This document shows positions 1 through 15,400 of a DNA stretch of 64,000 nt, in pieces. The stretch lies in contig OX597830.1 of assembly GCA_951406725.2 (NCBI GenBank), forward strand, positions 44,020,001 to 44,084,000. Reading direction: 5' to 3'. The position numbers and the translations under genes were made by a program. Position 1 is the stretch's first letter. Every line of letters starts with the position of its first letter. The notes below the pieces were generated by a model, which worked only from the letters and a program-made list of their open reading frames with translations, searched no databases and had not been told where the DNA came from. The DNA comes from Octopus vulgaris. Lineage: Eukaryota.

Positions 1-1527
1 TGTAAACAAATAATAAACAATATTACATAAGTATTTTATAATGTTTCTTTTCTGGAGACTTGTGTACAGGTAGCTGATGGCTCACAGACCACGACTTTTA
101 GTACTGCTTCACATGAACAATGCTCATAGGGAGCAACCCTGTGTAGTAAATCTGAATTCTTCTATTTGAGAACAATATATTTGTTAAAAAGAGGAACCTC
201 TTTTAAACACATCATTTAATGTCTGTTACCCATGCTGGCATGGGTTGGATAGTTTGACAAAGCAGTGACAGCAGCTAGTCTGTTGGCTAGTGGCTGTAGG
301 TGAACAAGTATTTGTCAATTAGCCTGGATGGTAATAATGGGTGCTTTTATGTACCACAACTGGATTTTGCTTGGCTTGATGGGTCTTGTCAAGCATGACA
401 ATGTCAAAAGTGCATGCATGGTCATTGCCTCCGTGACTCCCAGCACTTGAAAGGAGCTCAGCCACTTTGCCTCAGTGAGGCCCAGCACTCGAAAGGAACC
501 ATTTCATGTGGAAAACACAAGTGGGAAGTTGGGGGAATTATTGATTAAACCATGAGTTTGTGAATGTTATAATTGCAAGCACTGTTAAAGCTTTGCAACA
601 GGTGCTTAAAATGCTTTTCCTCTGCTGGAAGATTTAGTTAATAAGATCAGATGCTGTTTCCCTGTTTCAACTGCTTATCAACTGTTGCTGAAAGTGTCAT
701 GTAAATTCTTGTTGATTTTTTTTTAATGTCAAAGCAGAATCTATTACTGTAACAAAGCTTCAACTGTTGAATTCTGTGAAGACAACATGATTTCTTAAAT
801 CAAAAGCAGCTTACTCAATCTTAGTGCATATCAAGTTTGAAATTTTATGGAAGATTTGTTTTTAAATATTCAACTGCAAGGAGCAGCACCTGTGGTTCTT
901 TTGTAGATGCTACTAAACTGGTGAGGGAAAAAAAATGTTCAACCTCAACTTTCAGAGGTATGTATGTATATATGCAGTAAACATACTAACAAAGAGCCCC
1001 TATACAGTGAGTCTAACTGCTAGAAATAGCAAAATTTCTTAAAATCACAACATACTGGAGACAGTCATAACTGTATACTCATTCAGGTCTTATCTGAGAT
1101 TTAAAAACAACAACAACAACAGCAGTAACATAGGCAAAGTTGTTCAGTGTAAGGTCCTCCAGACAAGATAGTGCAGTATATAATAAGTGGGGGATATAAA
1201 ACATCAGGTGGGTTGTGTTGAGATGATACATAGCTTACTTATTCAGAAGAGCAGAAACTTGGATAGAATAGACAAAGCAGCAGCAGCAGCTAGTCTGTTG
1301 GCTAGTGGTTGTAGGTGAACAAGTATTTGTCAATTAGCCTGGATGGTATATTTTTGTATGCAGTCTGTTTTTTTTTTTTTTTGTTCTTTCTTTTAATGTA
1401 TGCTGTTTCACCACTGACATGCATTGTGTACACATACAGCAACAGATTTATCATTAGTGTCCCCTTAATCATTAAGGCCTCATCTGTAAGCATTTTTCAC
1501 CTATATTTTCACCAAGTGAATACAATA

Positions 1528-1740
1528 CAAGGTGGAATGAAAGTTCCTGGTTCTGGGTAAAAGAAAACACAGGATGATCAGTTAACTGATTTTATTCAAC
1601 ATATTCCTCTCTCTGATTCACACACTTATTGAAGCAGTCCTTCAGTTTTTCTAAACCCTGTAAAAGAACTTGGAAGGTTGGGTCTCCAACCAGGCCTTTT
1701 ATGATACCCTTAAAGCCAAGAATTTTGCAGCACCCCCTTG
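1528..1740. mobile_element. Mariner-type MITE
   Basis: TA-flanked, with imperfect TIRs CAAGGTGG..AAGTTCCTGG / CCAAGAATTTT..CCCCCTTG. Confidence 0.6.
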
Positions 1741-1923
1741 TATAGGGTTTTGTAAATAGATGTTTAATAATTACATCAGAAATAAAAATTTAATTGGGCA
1801 AGAAAAAAAAAAAATGAACAAAGAAGCCTGCTATGAATATTCTGTAAAACATTCATTGTATGTAATGGACTCCGTTTTCTATGTAGGTAAAAACAGGCCT
1901 ATGTATACATATATATATATTTA

Positions 1924-2144
1924 TTGGGTTGGTGCATAATTATTGCGGCTTTTTTTCAACAAAAACAATAACATCCTTAAATGATGGTCTGACCGTCTGC
2001 CAAGCAAATGGGAAGTAGTAATTGAAGTAGATGGTGAATATGCTCCAGAACAATCATTTAAAGATGTCTTTGTTAATTGTTATTGTTTTTGTGGAATAAA
2101 ATTTATTGAGAAAAAAAAACTACAATAATTATGCACCAAACTAA
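1924..2144. mobile_element. Mariner-derived MITE
   Basis: TA|TTGGGTTGGTGCATAATTATTG ... CAATAATTATGCACCAAACTAA|TA. Confidence 0.8.
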
Positions 2145-3299
2145 TATTTCTTTTACTTGTTATTTGATTGTGGCCATGCTGGAGCACCGTCTCGAAGGTT
2201 TTTACTCAAATCAACCCCAGGATTTATTTCTTAAGCTTAGAACTTATTCTATTCTTCTCTTTTGCTGAACTGCCAAGTTATGAGGATGTAAACACACCAA
2301 CATTGGTTATCAAGCGGTGATGGAGGAAGGGACAACCAGACACGTACACACATATGATGAGCTTCTTTCAGTTTCTGGCTATCAAATCCATCCCAACCAC
2401 AAGGCTTTGGTTTTCTGGGGCTTATAGTAGAAAACACTTGCAGTGGGACTGAACCTGGAACCATATGGTTGGGAAGTAAGCTTCTTACCACACAGCCTAT
2501 TTTATATATATATATATATAATTTTTATATACACTTTCTAAGCCGGCACGAGTCAGAGACTTGGATAGGGTCCAATGGGTCAGAGGACGACATTTTGTAC
2601 CGGTGTCTTAGTTTTGGCATGGTTTTGACAGGTGGATCCTCTTCCTTCTTAATATCAACCACTTTACAGAGTATGCATGTGAGGTCACCTAATAACTGAC
2701 AAAACTAAAGAGTTAAAGAACTGCCTTACCCAAGAGGGAGGATAGGAGGTATGGTGGTTGCCCCATGCTAGATGTTAAGAGATAAGTTACTAGTTTACGA
2801 TGGTAGGAACATGTTTATTGTTGTGGAGGAGATTCATGGCTAAATCGCATTTTACACGGGTAGTCAAGGGTGGTCGGAGTAGTGCCAGAAAGATGATGCT
2901 GACGAAGTGCCAGAATGCACCCTCAAGGTGATACACACAAAAAGGTGAATAGAAGAGAACGCGGAAACTGAAGGATGGATGTAGGACAGAAATGGTGATA
3001 TATGCTACGTAATAATAGGCTCTGCTTTCCTGAGCAAAATAATACAGCAGATAGAAAAGTAATAGAGGGATGAGCAATATAGAGATGAGGTGGGGTTAAG
3101 GTTGCATGTAGGTGGAGGGAAAAGTGAGAGATAAATGTGAACAAAAGATGGCTAGATAGTGGTAAATATGAACAGTGTTGATAACAAGAATGAGAGAGAG
3201 AGATGAATAGGAAGTGGCTTGAGAGAAGGAAGCAGGGACATGAGTGAAGGAATCAGTTGTCTGTATACACATCATCCATCCAGATAGTTATGCCGTGCC

Positions 3300-3975
3300 A
3301 TCATAGCTGGACACGTTTTCTCAAGTGCTGTATACTGTCATTCACCTCAGTCCTTTATCAACTCCTGTGTTAAGCTCAACATAACTTGATCAAGTTTTAC
3401 TACCTAACTCCTATCTTTCTGGATTTCCCCCCTTTCACAGTTTCCATCTACTGTAAAGCCATCAGCACCTTATCCAACTCTCCTATCTATATTACATAAC
3501 ATGTCCAAGCCAACAGTCTTCCTCGTGCACACTACATATGATTTCTCTTACACTCGGCTTTCTGTAAACTCATTTGTACTGTTGTTCATGTACAATGATA
3601 CTGCATAGCCAACAGAATAAGCTTGCTTCATTCTGAGTCAACATCTCACTACGATGTAGAATTCTAGTTCATACACAAGCATCATATAGTCTATCTTTCA
3701 CTGAGGGAAAAAAACCTTTTGTTGCTAACATAGGCAGTAACATACTGGACCTTCTCCAGCCTGTTCTTACTCTGATTACGATACTTTCAAAATATCCTCC
3801 ACCACTTAATTAGGTCATAACAAGCTATCTACAACCTTTAGGGAATCTCCTGGGCATTTGAGAACATCTATTTTCCCATGCACTCTTAGTGTTTATTGTT
3901 CCTGTGCATCTACCACATACAAAATCTGTTTTTGTAATTCCAATGCACCTATTACATTCAGTTTGAATTGGGCAC
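3300..3975 (-). mobile_element. Decayed RTE LINE ORF fragment
   Basis: Relic RIRTGW and LGHVM-type motifs. A homologous plus-strand piece lies at ~37800-38030. Confidence 0.65.
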
Positions 3976-6900
3976 ACCGTATGGGATTTTATCATCATTT
4001 AACATACATTATCCATGCTGGCACAGGTTCTACGGCTGGATGCCCTTTCTAATGCCAATCACTTTACAGGGTGTGTTGAGTGCTTTTACATGGAACACAT
4101 ATATTCTTTTATTTGTTTCAGTCATTTGACTGTGGCCATGCTGTACCATCACTTTGAAGGGTTTTAGTTGAACAAACCGACTCCAGAACTTATTTTTTAA
4201 TACCTACTACTTATTCTATCAGTCTCTTTTGCCGAACCACTAAGTTATGAAGACAAAACACACCATCACTAAGTGGTGATGGGAGGAACAAATACAGACA
4301 CAAAGATATATACATATATGATGAACCGGAATCTGCTAAAAGCCTCCAAGGTAGAGATGTTTTAAACTGGATGATAATTTAAGACTAATCTCAGAGACTC
4401 AGAACACAAAGATCCAGAAAAAGTACAAGGTATATCCTATAATCTAACATTTTTGTTCATCCAACCCTGGCTGGTACTTAGTTTTATCAACCCCAGAAAC
4501 CATGAAAAGCAAATGTGACTTGTTACGATTTGAATAGATACTCAGAATACAAACAGCAAGATATTTTGTTATTTGTTCTAAGGACTACCATTTCACTGCA
4601 TAAGAAGTTTAAAAAAAAAAAGTTAATGCTCCCAATTTATAATGGAGAATGAAAATAGGAATTTATAATCTTTTCCAAATTTACTGTTGATAAAATGCAC
4701 TAAATACCCTCTGTAAAGTTGTGGGTGATCAGAAGAGCATCCAGCCAGAGAAACAAAACCAAAAAATGAAAGCTGAGACATGATTCTCCAACCTGTCTAG
4801 GAGGGCAATAACAGAATAAGAATCGATTGGACCATGACTATGCTAACCTGTTTAATCGCTTAGCATTTAAACAGCCATATCCAACCCAGATCTTTTTCCT
4901 GTTTTATATTCAGACTGGCCAGATCCAGCCTCTCACATTTACACAACAATGTCATTCTAAAAATACACAATCACATCACTGAAATATCAAAGCTATGAGA
5001 AAATGCATGAGTAATTCAAGATAATGTGAATATATATATATATAAATATTACATTTGACAAAGTAATATAAATGCCAACATCTCTACAAGTTCTATTTGA
5101 CAATAGAGCAGTGAGCAATAAAGATACTTTACTGACAAGACCCAATAAGGCCAAAACATGTAGCTGTTGGCTTGCCAGCTAAAAGATCAAATTAAGAACT
5201 TTACTCTTAATTTCTTTAAATTAATTTCATCTTTTGAGTCACAATTACTGTCATGTTTTAATTTCAACATCTAAGATGGAAATTTAAGTTAAGAATTCCC
5301 TAAATTAATGGATTTTAAATGTTGTATAAGAAGCAATTGCCATGAGGGAGTCTATGAGGATATTAAAACTGCTAAAACCGCATCTAGATCTTTCTATGCT
5401 GTCTTCAAAGGAAGGGACACAGAGTGATTCAAAGTCCTTTAACATTTAACTGATACACAAATATTTAATTTTTTTTATTACAATTTTGCTTTTATATATT
5501 TTAATACTATCCTATGTTGTGAAGTCATTGATCTAAAAAAATGGCACCCCAGTACGGTAATCCTGTCCAAATGTCTGGGCATTCCAAGCACAACTGCCAG
5601 GAATGATGCTAGCAGTATGAACGGCAAGGTAGTAGGCCAGTTAGTCTGGAATCCTAGAGCAGTGGCAGTCAACGAAGGGGTCTAGGGTTGAGCGAAAGAG
5701 ATGTAATGAGTGCGGTGGGTGGGGGTGGGGGTAGGTAAAGGCATTGGTAAGGTGGAAGGAAAGGATAGAGAGAAGAGACGACATGTTCATTAAGAAACTC
5801 GACTAACCTCAATTGTTAGCCTCTTTTTTTCTTTTTGTAAGAATTCCACTGAATGTGCAACGTTACAGAAGAACGGTACGGACACGCTTTTGATCGTTAA
5901 CGTCTGCTAATTCCACTCGAAATAAATATAAATAGCCTTATATCTTCAGATTTCTCTTTCGAAAAAACGAATGTTCATAGATAGAATTAAGGAAACTATA
6001 AATATTTTTACCGGCCAGTTTCGTTGGATTTTCTAATTGTAACAATGTTGTGTATCTCAGCCTGCCAAAACAGATTACTTAACTATAAGCTATTGAATTA
6101 CACACATACAAACAAAGTAGTCTAGCTTGTCATAAGTACACCTGGTCTCATTTCAAATATCTATTTGGCAAGTGAAAACGAATCCTTTTCAAACAGCAAT
6201 AAAAATAAATAATTAGACATTAGAAAATTTAAACTAAATATTACACATCGAAAGATTTCGGAAAGAGAAACTAGCTACTATATTTCATATTATATGCGTA
6301 GATGTATATACACATCAATAAATTACATTTGTAAACAGAGAAATAAGGTCATCCTATAAATAATAGTATTTAAGAGTACTAGGACTAAGTCAAGTTATTC
6401 CAAGGTCATAAACTATATTTTAAATTTTAATTAGATTTTTCTTGGTGAAATTTAAATTTTTATGGCAATACCAAAATAAATTTTTCTAAGTATAAAAAAA
6501 AAAAAAAAAAGTAAAGTAACCATGGACATAGTTGAAGTACTTGGACAATTAGCTAACCAGAATCTGTATTTTATGACCAACACTAAATTTTAACTGCCGC
6601 AATTTTCCTATCGGGAAATTAGGTGTTAAGAGATTAACAACAATTCATTACTCCATGTAAGTTTGACAAATATATTTATTTAGCTTAGGAGTAAGTCAAA
6701 CACTTCCTGCTTGGAGAGAGGGATGGGCTCTGTCAAGCTGACTTGCTGGAGATACACTATGTGAAGTGGTGCTCCAAAAAGCTCAGTGTTCAAACACTTG
6801 CTATAAATTTAGAGAGGAAAAAGAGAAATTGAAGCTGAGTGGAACTTCATAATATTTTGCGCAATTATAGTTTCAATAGGAAAAAGTAGTAAATAGAAAA

Positions 6901-7804
6901 ATGTCAAAAAGTTTAGAGTTGCTGATTCTAAGAAGCCGAGTGTTGTTTGATAATGAGCTGGCAGCTGATAAACAGTTGAGGAAAATTGCGATGTTATTGA
7001 ATAAAAGCATTTAAGAATTCACTCTTGCATTATCTGTCCACATGTTTCACTTTTTGTAGAATTTTCTAATCCGAGAAACGAGTACCAAAAGAGGTTTGAA
7101 TAAAAATATAAGAACATAGGGAAACATTTACACATCGCTTTCACTATTCTCTTCGGTCATCCGTAAACAATAGACTAGGCAAATAGAATGAAAATGTTGA
7201 CTATCATCGACAGTGGGCTTGAATAGAAAAACAAAATTATATGGTAGACAAAAGAACCATTTATAAGAAGGCTTTACTGAGCGTTTAATGAAGGTGTTGA
7301 TGTAATAATATACATCAGATATTAGAAAAAAAAAAAAGCAAACCAGACAAAAATTTAACAGATGCGCGTGTTTCTAAATGACAATAAGGTCTCTCTTCCA
7401 CGATGGAAACTGCAATAATTTCAACATACAGTATAAGATCAAGTCACTCACTAGGTATTTACAATTCTAGAAATATTTAATGGGAAATAAATTGACGAAT
7501 GACTATTTCCGGAGAAATTGAAGTTGGTTGCAACAAACTTTTCAACATTATTCTTCTTTTCCGATAACAAACTTCAATGTTTGCAGACAGTATTTATTTC
7601 TAGTTCTAGTTGCCTTGCTCCCTGAAAATTATTTTGGGAGACAGGGCATTAAAAACCATTTTAATTCGTAGCAGGTCTTAAGAGAATATAGAATTGACAA
7701 CTTGGATTCTAAAACAACGTTTATGGCCTAATTTAAAATTTTATATATAACATACAAAATATACAATAATTTGAAAGGAAACCACAGTGCTTTTTATTTT
7801 CATA

Positions 7805-7847
<43 letters not shown>

Positions 7848-10800
7848 TTTAATCATAAGTGAATTATTATTAACTATTCAAAGAATGAACAAAACAATTA
7901 CATAAATAACTAAAAATATTTTCGTTCCATTGGAAATAAATTTTTATTTTTGCAGAATCTCTAATATCCTAGTTGTGCTGCTGGAATAATGCCTTTATTG
8001 ATAAATCTCAACTATACGTCTGAGCCCACCCAACATTAACTTAGATCACATAAAAACCATGACATACCATAGAAAGAATCAAAAGATACAAATCCCAACA
8101 TATTTTCACTTCCCATCCATCCTGTTTGTCATTCACAATTTCAAAGCAATGATGAAAAGCCGGTCGTTTCCATTCATGCTCTCCCACTTTCTCAGCAGAT
8201 TTTATAATAGATTGAGTAATAATACGAGAAACAAAAACAGATCAAATCTACAAAATAAATCGATTCTAGAAAAATCAGCACCAAAACTGCAGCTAGTTTG
8301 CAAATTACAGAATTTGTATCCTTCGAAAAATAGAAAAGGGATTACAACCAAAGGAAAGGGAGCCGCACAAATAAAAAGGGGCTAACAAATGAAAATCAAT
8401 CTATTAGAAAAGGGAGAGGGAGCAACTTGAAATACGATGAAAGGCCATTGATAAAAATAGAAAACAGCCAACCAGTATAGCAGGTTGAACAGGAGGAGTA
8501 GCATTAATTCATTAGAAATATACCCATTTTTCTCACGATTTACTAAATATACACTATATATTTTAATATACATATTCTCGTATAAGTACATTATGTAAAA
8601 ATCCTTGACAACAATTTGATATAGTTAATATATTATGTCTTACGAAACACTATAATACGATTTATCCGTTTTAAAAAATTCCTTCACATCAATTCACTGA
8701 ATGTAAATCCCCGTAAAACCTATTGATTAATTATCGATTTTTCTTGTTTAACCTGTTTTTCCCTGCTCCTCAAGCGAAATATTATACACACACTCACAAT
8801 ATGTATTATCCCAGACACCAGTGTAGCATTTAGCAAAAAAAAAAAAAAAAATCTTGGTTAATGAATTACAATACAATTCATATCATCAACAAATATAACG
8901 AAAATGGTATAGTAGTTTAAAAATAAATGACTGAACATGCTGCCTTGAAAATCCCACGCACCGACGACTGATAACAAGCAACATGCATTGATCAGGTGCA
9001 CAAGATGCTTCACTGTTTATTTGAATGTGTAGTTCGCTGCTACTTCCTCCAAACAATCTATAATAGATAGCTAGCAGATATATTCCTTATAATAGCTTTC
9101 ACAGTTATATTAGCAACAATAATGGGCAAACAATAGTACTAGCGTAACAGTACAGCACGAATCGTATATATAAGCCGACGGTCTTACTTCATAATAATAT
9201 TGATAACAATAGTAATAGTGTAAGTACATTAAATGCTTACACTATTATTATTTCAAACGTCAACAAGATTTCAAAATAGTGTCGCAAAAACCATACGAAT
9301 CAATGAATACAAGAGTAACGATCAAATTTGATTGATCCTAATCTATACGTTTGGTTTCAATATATTACAGAAGTACATACAAATAAAAATGCAGGTCCGA
9401 TCAATGATAGATATTTTTGTATTATGACTGAATCGATTTTGAAGCAGTGAAATTGCTTGATACCAGTGCGAGACGGAATAAATTAATATAGAGGCCGAGT
9501 TCAAATGACATATTAAAATTAGAATTAAATACAATTTACTCGTTTGACAGAAATAATTCTTGAAAAATGAAGGAAAATAAATATCTTCGAAAATGACTTA
9601 AAAAATTCAATAAGCCACCCACGATGAAAACAATTAAAAAAATAATATCAAACGTTTGACCTTGACATTAAACAATCGTTGATTACCGGTGCTTCTATTA
9701 GTGCATAATATACCACCAGTAGATCGATTGCTTAATCGATATCATACACTAACATACAGTTAGTTTGCCTGCATATACTAAAAGTAACAAAGGGGGAAGC
9801 TTCGAAAAGAGGAGGTAGTTTTTTTTTTTTCACCTGGTTTCCGTCTTAGTCACTCGTAATACTGGGTTTAGGTATATAAGCTAAGCAAGCTAGACGAATC
9901 AAAATAATTAAAAAAGCACGTTTTCAAATTCGCGAAAACAAGCGTGAAAACAAGATAGACGAATCAAAATAATTAAAAAGCAGGTTTTCAAATTCGCGAA
10001 ACATTGTGATAATTTTTTCAAGGGTTTCGCTAAGCTTTATTTATGTAGCTTAGAGGAGGCCTTACCAAATCTAAATCCAATAACTGGTCACATGGACCAT
10101 CAATTGAACGAGACATTAACAACGATTTTCTAATTTAAGGAGCAAGGTGAGAATGGAAATAAATAGAAATATATAAAAAAAAAAAAACCAGCGTCAAGTG
10201 GTAATGATATATGAAAACACAAAGGGGGCAATATCACTGTAAATTAAATAGCCTTATTAAAAACCCCTATGTAACAATGTAAAAATGGTTATTTTCAAAA
10301 CAAATCAATATTGCTCATAGAGTTGTGTCATCATAACATTGATCATTAATCGCATACACGCACACCTTTTTACCTATTTATATATTTTATTAAAGCGAAG
10401 TCAAGTTAGAACAGGTGTCAACTGACAACTGCATTGTAGTTAAGAGTGAACATGACTGAGCATAACCTTTTTTTCCCCCCCCTTATTTATTATTTTCAGC
10501 CAACCATGTTAAACATTGATTTAAACAACACAACTACCACACACTCTCTCTAGCAGGCTGAAAGATTTGGACGTGTCAGTTGTGAGCGAGACTCGATAAT
10601 CGGGCCAAATAAATAAATAAATAAATAAATAAATCCTGGTTTAAAATACTTGAGCATTATATATATAAATAAAAATATATATATATATATATAGGCTGAT
10701 TGAGAATACACGGTAAGGGTTAGTGTAAATACAAATAGTAAATATTTAGGCAGTGTGTGTAGTAGAGGCAATGAGTCAGACTTCTAATATATAGACTAAC

Positions 10801-11194
10801 AGAAAGGTGCACATGTTACCAACTAATTGCATTATATATATATATATATATATACATACACACACATACATATATATATATGCCTATATATACAGTAATT
10901 TAATAAAATACTCTAAAACAAACACATCACATACCTAAATATTAAAGAGATACTTGGAAGAAGAAATACTAAGTTATCGTTTTAATTATAAATACACGAT
11001 ATTCACAAACGAATCAAGTAATAGGATGTGGCGAAGTGAGGTAGGGGTTTATGAATATAAAAAATTATCAAATGGTAATTTGTTATAAACGAAACAAATC
11101 CCGATACAAGACAACAAAAAAGCTGGTTTAAAAATAGTTATTAATAAAAATAAAATAAAGGGAGAGAGAGAGATAAAGAGAGACTGGTGCTCAC

Positions 11195-11278
11195 CGAATA
11201 GCTTCCGTTCGCATGGCTGCCGTTGCACGTTCGACACATGGGAACAGAAGAATCTTGGAAAAACATACTAAGTGCTGC
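11195..11278 (-). CDS. UBALD1: UBALD1/2-like coding exon 2
   Basis: TTTCAG acceptor, 84 nt in phase 0 (AALSMFFQDSSVPMCRTCNGSHANGSYS), GTGAG donor. Continues the family ALSxFFQ motif. The expected TPANTPATPPNFPD exon was not found in the window. Confidence 0.88.
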
Positions 11279-11451
11279 CTGAAATTAGAGATTTAAAATT
11301 AAATATTAATACGTCAGAGTAATAATTATAAGAAAAAATATTTGATTAGAATGTAACGGCAGAAATTAAAGCTATAACTATAGAAGAGGATGTTAGCCGT
11401 CATAAGATAAACATTAGCCATGTTTCCATAACAGTCTTCTATAAATGTCTA

Positions 11452-12399
<948 letters not shown>

Positions 12400-12487
12400 A
12401 TGGGTTCGCTCGTTAGTAGAAGAAATGCAGGCTCAGATGTTGTGGATTATGGTAATAATAATGCCTATAGATACCCTCCCAAATCAG
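12400..12487 (+). CDS. MGRN1: MGRN1/RNF157-like RING E3 ubiquitin ligase, exon 1
   Basis: MGSLVSRRNAGSDVVDYGNNNAYRYPPKS. N-myristoylation-type G2/S6 start and the family YRYPPKSG motif. 88 nt, GT donor, phase 1. Confidence 0.93.
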
Positions 12488-15400
12488 GTTTGTTATTCTT
12501 GACAATCTTTTCTGTTTTCTTTTATTTAATTTCTCCACTTTATCCAAATTCATTCAACTTCAATAATTACTCTTTACATGCTACTTGTTTTCTTTTATAT
12601 CTACTTTTCTTTTAAGGAAGCTATAAACAAAAATGTTTACCGAAGTTTTGATTAACGAATTTCTTTGATTCTCAAGACATCACCAATTATGTTTTCTGTA
12701 GTTCGGAATCGATTTTTCAATGGATATCTTTTATACACCTCAAACCTATATAAATGTATTCTTTATAAATATCTTAAAAGCGTCAAAGTAACGTATACGT
12801 TTCATTTCTTTTCTACAGCAGACAATCTCTTCGTCGAACGCCTCCGATTTTTTTCTTTTGACAACTTCTTAACAATGAGAATTAATTAAACGATGCTTGT
12901 CTAATCTGCATGAGTTTAGCAATTGTAACAAAATGTTTAATTTTGTATGGTTAATAAAACAAAACTTGTGAAAAATATATCGTTTGAACGATATTTTATA
13001 ATCATTATTATTATAAAGTGAAGTTGGCCATTGACAATGTTTGACAATCTCAACAACACAATGAGCGAAGCTACTTGTGGGTGGTTGTTGTTGCTTTGTC
13101 ATAAGCCTCATGAAATTTCGCATTCTTAGTTCAAATACTGCCTAGGTCGACTTTGCTTTCCTCCTTTTAGGGTCGATAAAATAAGTACCAGTTGAGCACT
13201 GGATTAGAGGTAATCGGCTAGCCTCTACCCCCGAAATATCAGGTCTTGCGCCTAAGCCCGTTAGCACGCCGCGCTAAATGCTTTGCGGTATTTCGTCCGT
13301 CTCTACGTTCTGAGTTCAGATTCCGCCGTCTTTGCCTTTCATCTTTCCGGGGTCGGTCGATAAATTAAGTACCAGTGAAACACTGGAGTCGATGTAATCT
13401 ACTAGTACCCTCCCTCAAAATGGCTGCCCTTGTGGCAAGAGCCAATGAGGAAGTTTACGTGATCGCTCGATCTGTTAGAAGCAATAGTTAGATTCTTTCA
13501 AGTCACATCGTAACATCTTTAAACAATAATTAAATATTGAACAATATAGTATTTAATACACTCATATACATAAATAAAAGTGGACGATCTTTGATCATAA
13601 GTATGCTGAACTGGGGCCAGACAAACTTCTTACTGTATCTAGTCCCAATCTAACAGTCATGTACTGAGGAGGTAGATTCCATCGACAAAATAAGTGTGGC
13701 CTTGTGCAAGCTATTGCAATCAATCAATCCATATCATCATCATGATTTTCTTCTTGATGCTTATTAAATGGTGTTTAATTACCAGGGTCATAGTAACAGT
13801 TCTTTGTACTTTGTCTGAAAATTTTAGACATGAATTTACCTTTCTTCTGAAATCAGATCAGTAGTATCTTTACATTATAGTATCGTTTTCGTTTCTCTGT
13901 CGAATTGATCGGTAATAAACTAAATTGTACACGGGAATTTCCGATTCACCGGAAATTAGTCTTTAAATGTATCTCGTTCGATATCCCACGTTTTGAAATT
14001 CCATTAGGATCAACTTCGGCTTCCAATCATGAAGTCTCGGGGGGAAAAAGTATTGGTTGATGAAATAAATATTGGTAATATACTACAGTTGTTTAACTAA
14101 TTATAACCAACCCCGCACACACACTTTACAGAAAGCTGCTTTCCGATTGACAAATCGGATTAACATTTTCAGGGTTTGTAAATGACATTCTAAGACAGAT
14201 CCTGATGACCCTCAAAGGCAAGGCTCCGATTCAATTTTCGATTAAAACCGTTTCATTTCCCATACAAATAAACTTTGGTAAAAAAAAAAAAGAAAAAGGG
14301 CGTGTGCATCACAGTTTTGTTTCCTTTTAATTCTGCCTCTAAAATTCTGGAGAAAATTACGAAGGTTTACTGTAATTCACCATCTCCTCAAAGCCGATTT
14401 TGCCTTTCTTGTCCGTAGTCGAGGAAATATTTCTACTTGTATATTAGGGTCAGTTCATTCAGTTGTACTTTCTTCCTTACAAAATTGTCTGTGCATCGGT
14501 CGAAAGAAGATAATTTATATCGATGTCGTGATCGGCCATAGACTTTCAGCTGGTGGTACCTGCTGTACGTTTTCATTCCAAGGTTTTCTCGCACCACTTT
14601 CAAAGTTGATTTTATTGGAAAAAGCAAATATCGAAAATTTTACAACTTTTTCAATACTTAAGAAAATCCTGTCCAAAATCACATTTTGAGTCATTTCATG
14701 TACATCAATAGGCACGAGCTTCAAAACATCAAATTTCCTCTTATTAAAAAAAGGAATGTTATCTTGGAAGAATTCTGAACTGTCATAAACATGTTTTTAA
14801 TTCCTTTTTCGAACTATTTCACATTATTCATACTCGTGTCACTAACACCTGGTAAAATCTGGAACAGTTGTAAATTACTTATTGACGAATGTGTAGTGCC
14901 CTTTATGCAATATCGTGAAGTTAGTTATTCACTGGTTTATTGAACTAAAGAGAGAGCAGTAGCTCTCAGCCATCTCAAGGTTGTCCAGTGTCTCTCGTTG
15001 AAAGAATTCAGCAAAAAATCACTTTCTCCTCTTCTTTCAGCTAGTCTTCATACAGAACCTGTTTTAGTTGATCCAGATATCAATTTGCTGTATCTCTATT
15101 CTGCTTGGTTACAACATATGTTGATTTCTTAAGAATTTGAATGTATGAGTTATGCTGCACACTTTTCAAATATATACGTACAACACTATTTCTACATCTG
15201 TTAATGCAAACCTAGTGTCTATGAATATTGCATTTGTACCTTTTTTTTTTCTGTGTCGGTTATTATCTCATTCAAAACATGCACTTTACAAACATTTGGA
15301 AGTAAACATATTTAACTACATTAAATTATCAGGCAGGCAGTGCATAGATGCAGGCACAGCTAGTTTACTTCCACCACATGGTACCTTGGGTGTCTTCTAC

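Noticed and set aside
5478-5790. Pro-rich-looking minus-strand stretch as UBALD exon 3
   Set aside because: No TPATPPNFPD motif in the frames I read and no convincing splice sites.
6601-6630. Minus-strand TPNFP match to the UBALD motif
   Set aside because: Continues PIG rather than PDAL, and the upstream residues do not match; chance hit.
8059-8385. 108-aa plus-strand ORF
   Set aside because: Low-complexity K/N-rich, no recognisable domain, and antisense within an intron; probably chance.
14300-14730. Minus-strand ORFs that may be a Tc1-like transposase relic (likewise ~16430-16880)
   Set aside because: Only vague motif resemblance and no TIRs identified; not supportable without a search.
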